From Trueperaceae bacterium (GTDB lineage: Bacteria > Deinococcota > Deinococci > Deinococcales > Trueperaceae), in assembly GCA_034520945.1 (NCBI GenBank), contig JAXHNB010000002.1, forward strand, positions 64,001 to 128,000: 64,000 nt of DNA, written 5' to 3'. Each line of letters opens with the position of its first letter. Position 1 is the first letter of the stretch. Positions 38,487 through 47,640 of this stretch are shown piece after piece. A program made the position numbers and the translations under genes. Below the pieces are notes generated by a model that saw nothing but the letters and a program-made list of their open reading frames with translations, was not told where the DNA came from and searched no databases.

Positions 38487-39881
38487 ATGGACATGAAGAG
38501 ATTCACGAGCGTATTCGCATCGCTGCTGGTCGGCCTGGCCGGCCTGGGACTGTTCACACTGGCGTGGGCGCAGGACGACGAAAGCCCCGCGGAGTACAGC
38601 GCCGACGTGAGCTACCGCCTCACCACCGGACTCGCCGAAGGCAAGATGGTGTTCTTCGGCGTGGGCGGCGACATCGACGGCGAAGTCAACCCCACGCTGA
38701 CCGCCGAGCCCGGCGACGTGGTGGCCGTGACGCTCGTCAACGGCGACGGCGTCCAGCACGACGTCCTGTTCGAGGGCTTCGCCAACGCGCAGAGCGACAT
38801 GGTCACCACGGAGGGCGCGAGCAGCACCTTCGTATTCCGCGCCAACGAAGAGGGCGCCTTCGACTACTACTGCACCGTGCCGGGCCACCGCCAGGCCGGC
38901 ATGGAGGGCAGCTTCGTGGTCGGCGAGGCCGAGGCCGCGGCCGACGACGCGGAGAGCATCGTGCGTGCCCCGACCGACCTGCCGGGACCGATCGCCGACC
39001 GGGACGAGCCGGTGCACCACGACGTCACCCTCACCACCGTGGAGAAGCAAGGCCGCCTGGCCGACGGCACCAGCTACCGCTTCTGGACCTTCGACGGCCA
39101 GGTCCCCGGGCCGCTCCTGCGGGTCCGGCAGAACGACACCGTCACCGTGACGTTGGAGAACCCTGCCGACAGCACCATGGTGCACTCGGTCGACTTCCAT
39201 GCCGTCACCGGTCCCGGCGGCGGCGCGGTGGCCACCCAGACGGCGCCGGGCGACGCCACCAGCTTCAGCTTCACGGCGCTGCAACCAGGCCTGTACGTCT
39301 ATCACTGCGCCACGCCGATGGTCGCCCACCACATCACCAACGGCATGTACGGCCTGATCCTGGTCGAGCCCGAGGAGGGCCTGGCCGAGGTCGACAACGA
39401 GTTCTACGTGATGCAGGGCGAGCTGTACACCCAGCAGGACTTCGGGCAGAAGGGCGAGCTCGACTTCAACGTCGACAAGCTGCTCGACGAACAGCCCGAG
39501 TACTACGTGTTCAACGGCGCCGTGGGCGCCCTGACGGGCGACGGCGCCCTCACGGCGGAGACCGGCGAGAGCGTTCGCATCTTCTTCGGTGTCGGCGGAC
39601 CCAACAAGACCAGCAGCTTCCACGTCATCGGCGAGATCTTCGAACGCGTCTACGACCAGGCCAGCCTCACCTCGCCACCCCTCACCGACGTCCAGACCAC
39701 CACCGTCGCCCCGGGCGGCGCCACCATGGTCGAGTTCGGCGTCGAGGTGCCGGGGACGTACATCCTGGTCGACCACGCGCTGAGCCGCGCCGAGCGCGGC
39801 CTGGCCGGCCACCTGGAGGTCAGCGGCGAAGGTGACCCCGACGTCTACCAGGGCGAGGTCACCGAGGGCAGCGGACACTGA
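38487..39881 (+). CDS. nirK: Copper-containing nitrite reductase with an extra N-terminal cupredoxin domain
   Basis: Signal peptide; cupredoxin H..YYCTVPGHRQAGM; core HSVDFH, YHC, HITNGMYG, FHVIG, LVDH. Confidence 0.95.
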   Translation: MDMKRFTSVFASLLVGLAGLGLFTLAWAQDDESPAEYSADVSYRLTTGLAEGKMVFFGVGGDIDGEVNPTLTAEPGDVVAVTLVNGDGVQHDVLFEGFANAQSDMVTTEGASSTFVFRANEEGAFDYYCTVPGHRQAGMEGSFVVGEAEAAADDAESIVRAPTDLPGPIADRDEPVHHDVTLTTVEKQGRLADGTSYRFWTFDGQVPGPLLRVRQNDTVTVTLENPADSTMVHSVDFHAVTGPGGGAVATQTAPGDATSFSFTALQPGLYVYHCATPMVAHHITNGMYGLILVEPEEGLAEVDNEFYVMQGELYTQQDFGQKGELDFNVDKLLDEQPEYYVFNGAVGALTGDGALTAETGESVRIFFGVGGPNKTSSFHVIGEIFERVYDQASLTSPPLTDVQTTTVAPGGATMVEFGVEVPGTYILVDHALSRAERGLAGHLEVSGEGDPDVYQGEVTEGSGH

Positions 39882-39910
39882 GTCACCGCTGAGCCCCGTT
39901 CCACGAAACC

Positions 39911-39948
39911 CGCGTTCGGCCCGCAGCCCATGCTGCGGGCCGAACGCG
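39911..39948. terminator. Perfect 17-bp hairpin between convergent genes (bidirectional terminator candidate)
   Basis: CGCGTTCGGCCCGCAGC-ccat-GCTGCGGGCCGAACGCG. Confidence 0.75.
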
Positions 39949-39959
39949 TGCGACGCGAC

Positions 39960-41237
39960 TCAGATCCGCGCCAATGCCCGCTCGAACACCTCCAGCGCCC
40001 GCGCCACCTCGGCGTCGCCGATCACCAACGGCGGGATCCAACGCACCACGTGGCCATGGCTGCCGCAGGTGAGCAGCAGCAGGTGTTCCTCGAGGCAAGC
40101 GCGTTGCACCGCCTTCGCCGCCTCCGGGGCGGGCCGGCCGTCCACGCGGAACTCGACCCCGATCATCAGACCGGGACCTCGTACCTCAGCGACCGCGTCG
40201 TGCCGCCCGCGCATGTCGTGCAGCGCGGCGCTGATCTCGCGCCCGCGCACCTCCGCGTTGGCCGGCAGCGCCTCCTCCCGCAGCGTGCGGAGCGTGGCCT
40301 CGGCCGCCGCGAGCACCACGGCATTGCCGCCGCCGTACGTCCCGCCGTGCGTGCCGGGCTCCCAACGTTCCATCAAGGACGCGGACGCGCCGATCGCCGA
40401 GATCGGGAACCCGGAGCCCATGCCCTTGGCCATCACCAGGACGTCCGGCACGACGCCGGAATGCTCGAAGGCGAACATCCGGCCGGTGCGGCCGAACCCC
40501 GTCTGGATCTCGTCCAGCACCAGCAGGATGCCGTGCCGGTCGCACAACTCGCGAACGCCCTGCAGGAAGCGTGGCGGGGCCGGTACGTAGCCGCCCTCGC
40601 CCAGCACCGGTTCGATCACCATCGCGGCCGTCTCGTCCGGCGCGGTCTGCGTCTGCAATAGCAATTCCAGGCGCTCCAGGCAGAACGACACCGCGTCCGC
40701 CTCGCTCATGCCCAGTTGGAGAGGATAGGGGAACGGCGCCACGCTGATGCCGCCCGGGAGCGGCTGGTACTTGTGGCGGTAGACGGTCTTGCCGGTCGTC
40801 ATCGCCATGGTCTGCGCCGTGCGGCCGTGGAATCCGCCTTGGAACACGATCAGGTTGGTGCGGCCGGTGGCATGCCGGGCCAGCTTCACGGCCCCCTCGA
40901 TCGCCTCCGCCCCGCTGTTGGACAAAAAGAACCGGTCCAGCCCCGGCGGGGTGATCTCGTCCAGCGCGCGTGCCAGCGCCTCCGCTTGGGGCGTGATCAC
41001 GTTGTTGATCTGGCCGAAGAACAACCGCTCCGCCTGCGCCCGTACCGCCTCGACCACGCGGGGGTGGGCGTGCCCGGTGCTGGCGACGCCGATGCCGCTT
41101 CCGAAGTCCAGCCAGCGCTGCCCGGCTTCGTCGACCAGCCAGGCGCCCTCGCCGCGGACGGGGCGCATGTGCGTGAGGTGCGTCCACACGGGCGACAGGG
41201 CGCTGGGGTCGCTCGAAACGTTCGTCGCTTGGTTCAT
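39960..41237 (-). CDS. Class III PLP aminotransferase (4-aminobutyrate aminotransferase-like)
   Basis: NSGAEAIE, FHGRT, EPVLGEGG, DEIQTGFGRTG, AKG, GGTYGG. Confidence 0.93.
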   Translation of the reverse strand: MNQATNVSSDPSALSPVWTHLTHMRPVRGEGAWLVDEAGQRWLDFGSGIGVASTGHAHPRVVEAVRAQAERLFFGQINNVITPQAEALARALDEITPPGLDRFFLSNSGAEAIEGAVKLARHATGRTNLIVFQGGFHGRTAQTMAMTTGKTVYRHKYQPLPGGISVAPFPYPLQLGMSEADAVSFCLERLELLLQTQTAPDETAAMVIEPVLGEGGYVPAPPRFLQGVRELCDRHGILLVLDEIQTGFGRTGRMFAFEHSGVVPDVLVMAKGMGSGFPISAIGASASLMERWEPGTHGGTYGGGNAVVLAAAEATLRTLREEALPANAEVRGREISAALHDMRGRHDAVAEVRGPGLMIGVEFRVDGRPAPEAAKAVQRACLEEHLLLLTCGSHGHVVRWIPPLVIGDAEVARALEVFERALARI

Positions 41238-41301
41238 GGTGCCTCCTCGTCGGGTCCTACCCTACGCAGTGCACGCCGGTGCTCACGGGCGCGCCGTTGC
41301 C

Positions 41302-42228
41302 CTACGCGCCGACGCGCGCCAGCGCGTCGTGCGGCACCTTGCACGCCACGGTGTAGGCCGGATCGAACATGTTGCCCAGCTCGTAGCGTACGCACTGGCT
41401 CAAAAACAGCCCCGCCGTCGCGGCGTCCCAGCCGTGGTCGCGCATCAGCCACCGCACCATTTCGGTGGTGGCGTGCTGGGTCGCCTGGTCCAACGGCCGG
41501 GCGTTGCCCAGCGTGAAGCGGTGCGTGTCGTCCTCGCCGCGAGGCCAACCGATGGGTACCCCCTCGACCAGGTCGACGGTGAGGTGAACGTCGGCGGAGA
41601 TCTCGACGCCGGTGCCGGACATCTCGCCGTCCCCTTGCAGGGCGTGCGCGTCGCCGACGAAGAGCGACGCGCCGGGCACGAACACCGGCAAGTACACGGT
41701 GACCCCGCCGCCGAGGCGCCGATAGTCCATGTTGCCGCCGTGCGGCCCGGAGGTGGCGGTCGAGATCGCCTGCCCGCCGGCCGGTGCCACCCCGATGCAG
41801 CCGAGCATGGGCGCCAGCGGCAGCACCAGCCCTTCGATCGGAGAAGAGGGGTGCGTGAGCGTCACCGTGCCGGCTCCTGCGTCGACCTGCCAGGCGGCAC
41901 CGTCGTGGGCTGCCTCCGCCCCCACCTCCGCCAGGAAGTCCGGGTCCAGCACCCCCGGCGCCAGGCTGGCCCGTCCGAACCCGTGCGTGCGGTTGGGCGT
42001 CACGGCGTTCAGGTGCACCGCGAGGTGATCGCCCGGTTCGGCGCCTTCGACGCGAATGGGGCCGGTGAGGGGGTTGCCGCGCGCCGCGACCCTGCTCCCG
42101 TCCGCGTCGACGCCCGCCGCATCGACGGTGTGCGTTCGGATCGTGTCCCCCGGCGCGACCGACAGCGCTGGCGGGTGGGCGGCGAAGGTGTGGTGATGCG
42201 TGACGGGGCGGAACGCGTGGCTGGCCAT
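41302..42228 (-). CDS. Acetamidase/formamidase-family protein
   Basis: LTGPIRVEGAEPGD, GGNMD, GDAHALQGDGE; TACCAT 6 nt before ATG 42228. Confidence 0.9.
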   Translation of the reverse strand: MASHAFRPVTHHHTFAAHPPALSVAPGDTIRTHTVDAAGVDADGSRVAARGNPLTGPIRVEGAEPGDHLAVHLNAVTPNRTHGFGRASLAPGVLDPDFLAEVGAEAAHDGAAWQVDAGAGTVTLTHPSSPIEGLVLPLAPMLGCIGVAPAGGQAISTATSGPHGGNMDYRRLGGGVTVYLPVFVPGASLFVGDAHALQGDGEMSGTGVEISADVHLTVDLVEGVPIGWPRGEDDTHRFTLGNARPLDQATQHATTEMVRWLMRDHGWDAATAGLFLSQCVRYELGNMFDPAYTVACKVPHDALARVGA

Positions 42229-42455
42229 GCCGGCATGGTAATGCGCCAGGCCGTGGCGCGCGCGGCGTCGGACGGCGCCGACCCCGAGCGGCCGTCCACC
42301 ACGCTGGACATCACCGTGGTCGACACCGGGGGCACGTTCGACGTCACCACCGACATGACGTTCGAACAGCGCGACGTGGAACCCGGCAACCTGCAGCAGG
42401 CTCCGTCTGGCGACCGCGCCACGTGCCGACGCGAAACCGGGGCTCAGGCTTCGTC

Positions 42456-45026
42456 CTACCCGGGCCCGTCGCCGCCGATCCGGTTCTGCTGGTCGACCGG
42501 CTGCCGGTGACCCTCGCATCGCGGCTCGAACACCTCCTCCAGGGCGCTGAACAGTGCACGATGCTCGTCCATCAACGCCTCCGCGTATCGCTCCACCGTG
42601 GTGCGTGGCGCGCGGTGACGGAGCGCCTCCTCCAGCATCGTGCCGGCCTCGGTGAGAGGCGTGGCGCCGAGGCTGCTGGATAGCCCACGCATGGTGTGCA
42701 CCGCACGTTCGGCGGCTTCCAGATCGGACGCACGCAAAGCGGTAGCGAGGTCCGTGGGGAGGTCGCGTTGGTCGTCGAAGAACCCGCACAAGATCTTCGT
42801 GTAGACCTCCGGTTTGCCCATCGCGTAGCGGAGGCCCCGATCGACGTCCAAGCCGGGAACGGTGCGCAGCGTCTCGAGGCTCACGCTACGGTTCATGTCC
42901 GCTTCGTCAGGGGCGTCGTGTTCCGCAGGGGGGGCGGCCCGGCCACCGTCCGGCGGGGCGCCGTGGCTGCGCCCCCTGCCCTCGCTGGGGGCCTCGGCGC
43001 CCTGCGGGCCTGGGGCCCAGCGCAGCAGCGCGCGCCACAGGTCGTCCGGGTCGATGGGCTTGGTGACCACCTCGTTCATGCCGGCCTCGACGCAGTCTCG
43101 ACGGTCCTTCTCCAGGGCACTGGCGGTCATGGCGATGACCGGCAGCGTGGCCAAGTCCGGGTCACCACGGATCGCACGCGTGGCGGCCAAGCCGTCCAGG
43201 ACGGGCATCTGCACGTCCATGAAAACCAGGTCGTAGGGGGCCGCGCGCAGGGCGTCGAGGGCGCGCTGACCGTCGCTCACCACGTCGGCGGCCAGCCCCC
43301 GACCTCGTAGCAGGGCGGTGGAGACCTCCTGATTGAGCTGGTTGTCCTCGACCAGCAGGATGCGCAGGCCACGCAACGCCTCCGCGTCGGGCCCACCTTC
43401 CGAGCCAGCATCGGCCGATGCGGCCGTGCCATCGTGCGCCGACGCCATGCCGAACCAGGAGGCGACCGTCTCGAACACCACCGAACCGTCGACAGGGGTG
43501 GCCAGCACGCCGTCGATGTCGCCGTTCTCCTGATCGGCGTTCTGGCGTGACGGGGCCCCATCGGTGGCGGTGAGGAACACGCCCGGGGCGGGGGTGCGTG
43601 CCCGTTCACGGAGCTGTCGCGCGACGGCGGGGCCGCTCACGTCCGGCAGGTGCGAAGAGACGAACACCAACTCGGGGGCCTGGGCCGCGTCGCGGTAGCG
43701 TCGTAGCGCTTCACGGCCCGAGGTGGCCTCCTCGACGTGGAGTCCGATGCGGTCCAGCATGCTGCACAGCAGTTCGCGTCGGGTGGTGGCGTCGTCGGCG
43801 ACCAGCGCGCGGCGCCCGCGTAGTTCGCTGTGCAGCGCGCGGATCAGGGGACGTGACGCGGCCGGCGCGAAGCGGGCGGTGAACCAAAAGGTCGAGCCGA
43901 CCCCCACGCGGCTCTCCACCCCGATCTGGCCACCCATCAGGTGGGCCAGGCTCTTCGAGATCGCCAGCCCGAGACCCGTGCCGCCGTAGCGCCGGGTAAT
44001 GGTGGGATCTGCCTGCGCGAAGTGGGTGAACAGCCCGCGCTTCTGTTGCTCGTTCATGCCGACGCCGGTATCACGAACCGCGAAGCGCAACGCCACCTGC
44101 TGCGCCTCGCCGGGGAGGCGCGCGACCGAGAGGGCGATCCCACCTTCGTCGGTGAACTTCACCGCGTTGTTGACCAGGTTGACCAGCACCTGGCGAAGCC
44201 TCAAGGGATCGCCTTCGACGCGCTCGGGTACCTCCCGGGCGATGTCGACCGTCAGGGCCAAGCCCTTCTCGTCGCACGCACCGCCGACCAGGGTCGTGAC
44301 CTCCTCCAGCACCTTGGCCAGCCGGAACTCGTTGCGCTCCAGCGTCAGCTTGCCCGCCTCGAGCTTGGACGCGTCCAGGACGGTGTCGATGATGCCCAGC
44401 AGGTGACGGCTGGCGCTCTCGATCTTGTCGAGGTAGTTGCGTTGCCGGGCCGTGAGATCTGTGCCGAGCGCCAGGCGGTTCATGCCGACGATCGCGTTCA
44501 TCGGGGTGCGGATCTCGTGGCTCATGTTGGCGAGGAACTGCGCCTTGGCCTCGACGGCCAGCTCGGCCTCGCGACTGGACCGCCGCAGCGCCTCGTTGCT
44601 GTCCCGAAGCTCCGCCAGCAGCTCCTCACGCGAGCGTGCCGTGACGATCTCGCGGCTCCGCTCGACCTCGTCGGCCCGTGGTGCACCGTCGCGCAGGCGG
44701 CGGCGAAGCGTCAGCCGTCCCTGCGGCCCATCGTACGTGCGGGTGGCGGCGGCGGCCGGCACGGGGGCGTACGCAGCCGTTGCTGCGGCGTCCTCCCATG
44801 CGAACGCCAGGACGAGGTGCGTACCGTGCGCCGCCACCTCGACCGAAAGCGTCAGGCGCGGCCGGGTGGCGTGCGCGGTAAGCCAGCGCGTGACGTCCGA
44901 GGCCTCCCCGGCCATCCGGGCGCCCAGGTCGCGACCCCCTCCGAGCACGCACACGACCTCGTAGGTCTTGGCCCGCACGCGCGCGTGGCCCACGCGCGCG
45001 GGGTCGAGGGTGCCCAGGGGATTCAT
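42456..45026 (-). CDS. Cytoplasmic hybrid histidine kinase (degenerate RsbT-like input, HisKA, HATPase, pseudo-REC, REC, HPt)
   Basis: FLANMSHEIRTPMN, NNAVKFT, DTGVG, GGTGLGL, FMDVQMP, HPt AVHTMRG; ATGA overlap with the upstream gene. Confidence 0.92.
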   Translation of the reverse strand: MNPLGTLDPARVGHARVRAKTYEVVCVLGGGRDLGARMAGEASDVTRWLTAHATRPRLTLSVEVAAHGTHLVLAFAWEDAAATAAYAPVPAAAATRTYDGPQGRLTLRRRLRDGAPRADEVERSREIVTARSREELLAELRDSNEALRRSSREAELAVEAKAQFLANMSHEIRTPMNAIVGMNRLALGTDLTARQRNYLDKIESASRHLLGIIDTVLDASKLEAGKLTLERNEFRLAKVLEEVTTLVGGACDEKGLALTVDIAREVPERVEGDPLRLRQVLVNLVNNAVKFTDEGGIALSVARLPGEAQQVALRFAVRDTGVGMNEQQKRGLFTHFAQADPTITRRYGGTGLGLAISKSLAHLMGGQIGVESRVGVGSTFWFTARFAPAASRPLIRALHSELRGRRALVADDATTRRELLCSMLDRIGLHVEEATSGREALRRYRDAAQAPELVFVSSHLPDVSGPAVARQLRERARTPAPGVFLTATDGAPSRQNADQENGDIDGVLATPVDGSVVFETVASWFGMASAHDGTAASADAGSEGGPDAEALRGLRILLVEDNQLNQEVSTALLRGRGLAADVVSDGQRALDALRAAPYDLVFMDVQMPVLDGLAATRAIRGDPDLATLPVIAMTASALEKDRRDCVEAGMNEVVTKPIDPDDLWRALLRWAPGPQGAEAPSEGRGRSHGAPPDGGRAAPPAEHDAPDEADMNRSVSLETLRTVPGLDVDRGLRYAMGKPEVYTKILCGFFDDQRDLPTDLATALRASDLEAAERAVHTMRGLSSSLGATPLTEAGTMLEEALRHRAPRTTVERYAEALMDEHRALFSALEEVFEPRCEGHRQPVDQQNRIGGDGPG

Positions 45027-46108
45027 GCCCGCCACCTCGCCAGCAGGAACGCGGCGTCGTCGTGAGGTCTGGCATGATCCTGCACCACGGCGTCCGCGAC
45101 CGCCAGAAGGTCTCCCGATCCCAGGAGGCCTTGCGCCGTCCGTCCCGCCGTGGCGTGCAAACCGTCGGTCCAAAGGGCGATCACGTCGCCCGGTGCGATC
45201 GTCAACGACTGGACGAACGGCGTGGGCCAGCGGCGGCCCACGATGCCCCCTCGCGACACGCCGCGCCAACTGGTTGCGTGCCCGCCCCCGATGCGGGCCG
45301 CACGGGCGTTCCCGACCGCCAAGTACCGCATGCGGCTCGTCTGGGTGTCCAACAGCGCCAGGGCGACCGCGGCGCCTACCGTGCCGAGGGCCGCCCGGTG
45401 CAGCTGGGCCATCAGCGTGTCCAGCTTCACCTCCGCGTGGTGTGCCACCTCCGCCGCCAGGGTGCGCGCGACGCGGTGGGCGGCGGCGCCGTGACCGGTG
45501 GCGTCCATCATCGCCAGCAGAAGTCGCGCCCCTTGGTCGATCACCACCACATCGTCGCCCGAGACGAGTCGTCCCGTTCGCGGCCGGACCACGCTGGCGG
45601 CCTCCCAGCGCGTCGAGGTGTCGTGCGTGCGGCGGTGGACGGGCGGGAAACGCCCCTGGAAGCCGGAAGCGTCACCCCGTAGGTACTTGCGCACGTGCAC
45701 GACGGTGCCGCCTCCGGGCCGGCTCCGGATCTCGACCTCGTCCGCCATGCGACGAACGCCGGGCAGTCCCAGGCCCAGAGTATGGCCGGTACTGTAGTGA
45801 TCCTCGAACGCGCGTGCGACGTCGGCGATGCCGGGACCCTCGTCGTTGACCAGGATCTCGATGGCGAACGCGTCCTGCGTGGCCCCCTCGCCTGGCAGGC
45901 GGCGAAGCTCCAGCCACCCGCGCGTTCCGTACTTGAGCACGTTCGAGGCGAGCTCGGAGACGATGGTGCCGATGACGGAGCGCTCCTGCTCGGAGGCGCC
46001 CTGCAGCAAGGCCGAACGTTGGCTGCGGAGCACGGCGAGTTGCAGGTCGAGGGGACGTTTCAGTTCGTAGCGCTCCGGGGCCGCGTGCGGTGACTCAGTG
46101 CCGCTCAT
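45023..46108 (-). CDS. RsbT-type Ser/Thr kinase fused to an RsbX-type PP2C phosphatase
   Basis: SELASNVLKYG, DEGPGI, GLGLPGVRRMADE, followed by SGDD, DATGHG, WTDG, DDA. Confidence 0.88.
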   Translation of the reverse strand: MSGTESPHAAPERYELKRPLDLQLAVLRSQRSALLQGASEQERSVIGTIVSELASNVLKYGTRGWLELRRLPGEGATQDAFAIEILVNDEGPGIADVARAFEDHYSTGHTLGLGLPGVRRMADEVEIRSRPGGGTVVHVRKYLRGDASGFQGRFPPVHRRTHDTSTRWEAASVVRPRTGRLVSGDDVVVIDQGARLLLAMMDATGHGAAAHRVARTLAAEVAHHAEVKLDTLMAQLHRAALGTVGAAVALALLDTQTSRMRYLAVGNARAARIGGGHATSWRGVSRGGIVGRRWPTPFVQSLTIAPGDVIALWTDGLHATAGRTAQGLLGSGDLLAVADAVVQDHARPHDDAAFLLARWRA

Positions 46109-46496
46109 CGTCGCCGGGTTGCTGCGCGAGCGCGTCGTCCAGGTCGCGAAGGGCAGTGAACGACGAGGTGTCGAGGCCTGCATCGACCAAGTAAGCCACG
46201 ATCCCGGCGCGCAAGCCCACCACCACGGGACGGACGCCCAACAAGCGTCCGGCATTCGCCAGCGCCGTCAGGAACGCGAAGTCGGAGGCGTCGATCACCT
46301 CCAGCCCCGAACACTCGAAGATCAGGTCCGTGGTGGGCCGCGCCTGCAACCGATCGAGCACCGCGCCGCGGAGCGTGCGGAAGGTGCCCTCCGACAGTTC
46401 GGAGGGCAGCGTCACCACCAACGCTCGCCCGACGCGCGTGGCCGCAACGCCCGCGGGGCCGTCGGGCTGCGATTCGTGCGACGAACCGGCAGGCAC
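46095..46496 (-). CDS. rsbS: RsbS-like single STAS-domain protein
   Basis: STAS pattern (SGLEVID, RLLG...VVVGLR.GIV..LV..G); lies between rsbR- and rsbT-like genes. Confidence 0.82.
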   Translation of the reverse strand: MPAGSSHESQPDGPAGVAATRVGRALVVTLPSELSEGTFRTLRGAVLDRLQARPTTDLIFECSGLEVIDASDFAFLTALANAGRLLGVRPVVVGLRAGIVAYLVDAGLDTSSFTALRDLDDALAQQPGDDERH

Positions 46497-46507
46497 GGGA
46501 ATGCCGC

Positions 46508-47452
46508 TCAGGACTCGTCGGGCGCCCTGCGGGTGCGTGGCAGGTGCGCATCGTCCCCGACGATGCCGAGGGCGATCTCGAACGCGTCGCGCAGGGTCGC
46601 GGTGGTTCGGATCCGGCCGATGTCGACGCCGAGCTCGACCATGGTGAACGCGATCTCGGGTGCGATCCCGGAGACGATCGCTTCGCAGCCCATCAACCGC
46701 GTGGCGTGCGTGATCTTGACGAGTTGGTCGGCGACGGCCGTGTCGACCGTCCGCACGCCGCTGATGTCCAGCATGAAGACCTTGGCGCGACTGTCGGCGA
46801 TCATCGACAACGTCTTGGTCATGATCTCCTGGGTGCGGCTCGAATCGAGCACACCCACCAACGGCAACAGCAGGATGCCCTCCCAGATCGGCGTGACCGG
46901 GGTGGCCTGCTCGAACAGCTCCTCGCTGCGCGCTTCCAGCAGCGCGTTCTCCTCGGCCGCACGTTCGGCGCCCTCGCGTTCCGCCAGATAGATCTGGTCG
47001 ATGACCAGGTGCGTGTCGAGAAAGACCATCTTCTCGATGGCTGCCGCCATGGCGCCGAGCTGTTCAGGCACGGGTCGAACGTTGTGAAGCCGTTCCTGCA
47101 ACAGCCTGTCGGACATGAACATGCCCGCGAAGTAGATGACGTTGGGCAGGTCGATCCGTCCGTGGACCGCCCCGACGTGGCGGCGCGCCGCCACGTAGTC
47201 GTCGTCGATTTTGCCTTGGAAGAAGCCGGTCCAGTGCTCCAGCTGCCGTTGCTGCACGTGCGCCAGCAGGTCGGGCGCGTTGCCGAAGAAGGTCTCGAAC
47301 TCGTCGTGACCCCGCAACCACGCGTACCAATCGTCCACGAAGTCCGGCAGCTGCGGGATCAGGTGCGTACCGGCTTCGCGGACCCGTTCGAGATCGAACT
47401 CGCTGATCTCGAACGTGTCGAGCAGGGTCGTCCGGTCGTCGGCTTCGGGCAT
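46508..47452 (-). CDS. rsbR: RsbR-like stressosome sensor: N-terminal sensor globin plus STAS
   Basis: Globin features (WY at B10, VGAVHGRIDL proximal His); STAS TPVTPIWEGILLLPLVGVLDS, DISGV.TVDTAVA, SGIAPEIA. Confidence 0.9.
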   Translation of the reverse strand: MPEADDRTTLLDTFEISEFDLERVREAGTHLIPQLPDFVDDWYAWLRGHDEFETFFGNAPDLLAHVQQRQLEHWTGFFQGKIDDDYVAARRHVGAVHGRIDLPNVIYFAGMFMSDRLLQERLHNVRPVPEQLGAMAAAIEKMVFLDTHLVIDQIYLAEREGAERAAEENALLEARSEELFEQATPVTPIWEGILLLPLVGVLDSSRTQEIMTKTLSMIADSRAKVFMLDISGVRTVDTAVADQLVKITHATRLMGCEAIVSGIAPEIAFTMVELGVDIGRIRTTATLRDAFEIALGIVGDDAHLPRTRRAPDES

Positions 47453-47640
47453 GCAGGCTCCTCATAGGGGTGCGGCGGCGGGCGCCGTTCGGTGCGGCGC
47501 CGTGCGCAGCGTGCGAGCGTCAATGTCCCCACCGATACCATGGACGTCGCGGTGAGCGGGTGCATGCCGACGCTCACGGCGAACGTCCCGCTGCCCCTTC
47601 AGGCGGTAGCGTACGGCCGAGTCGCGGGGGAGGTGGAACG

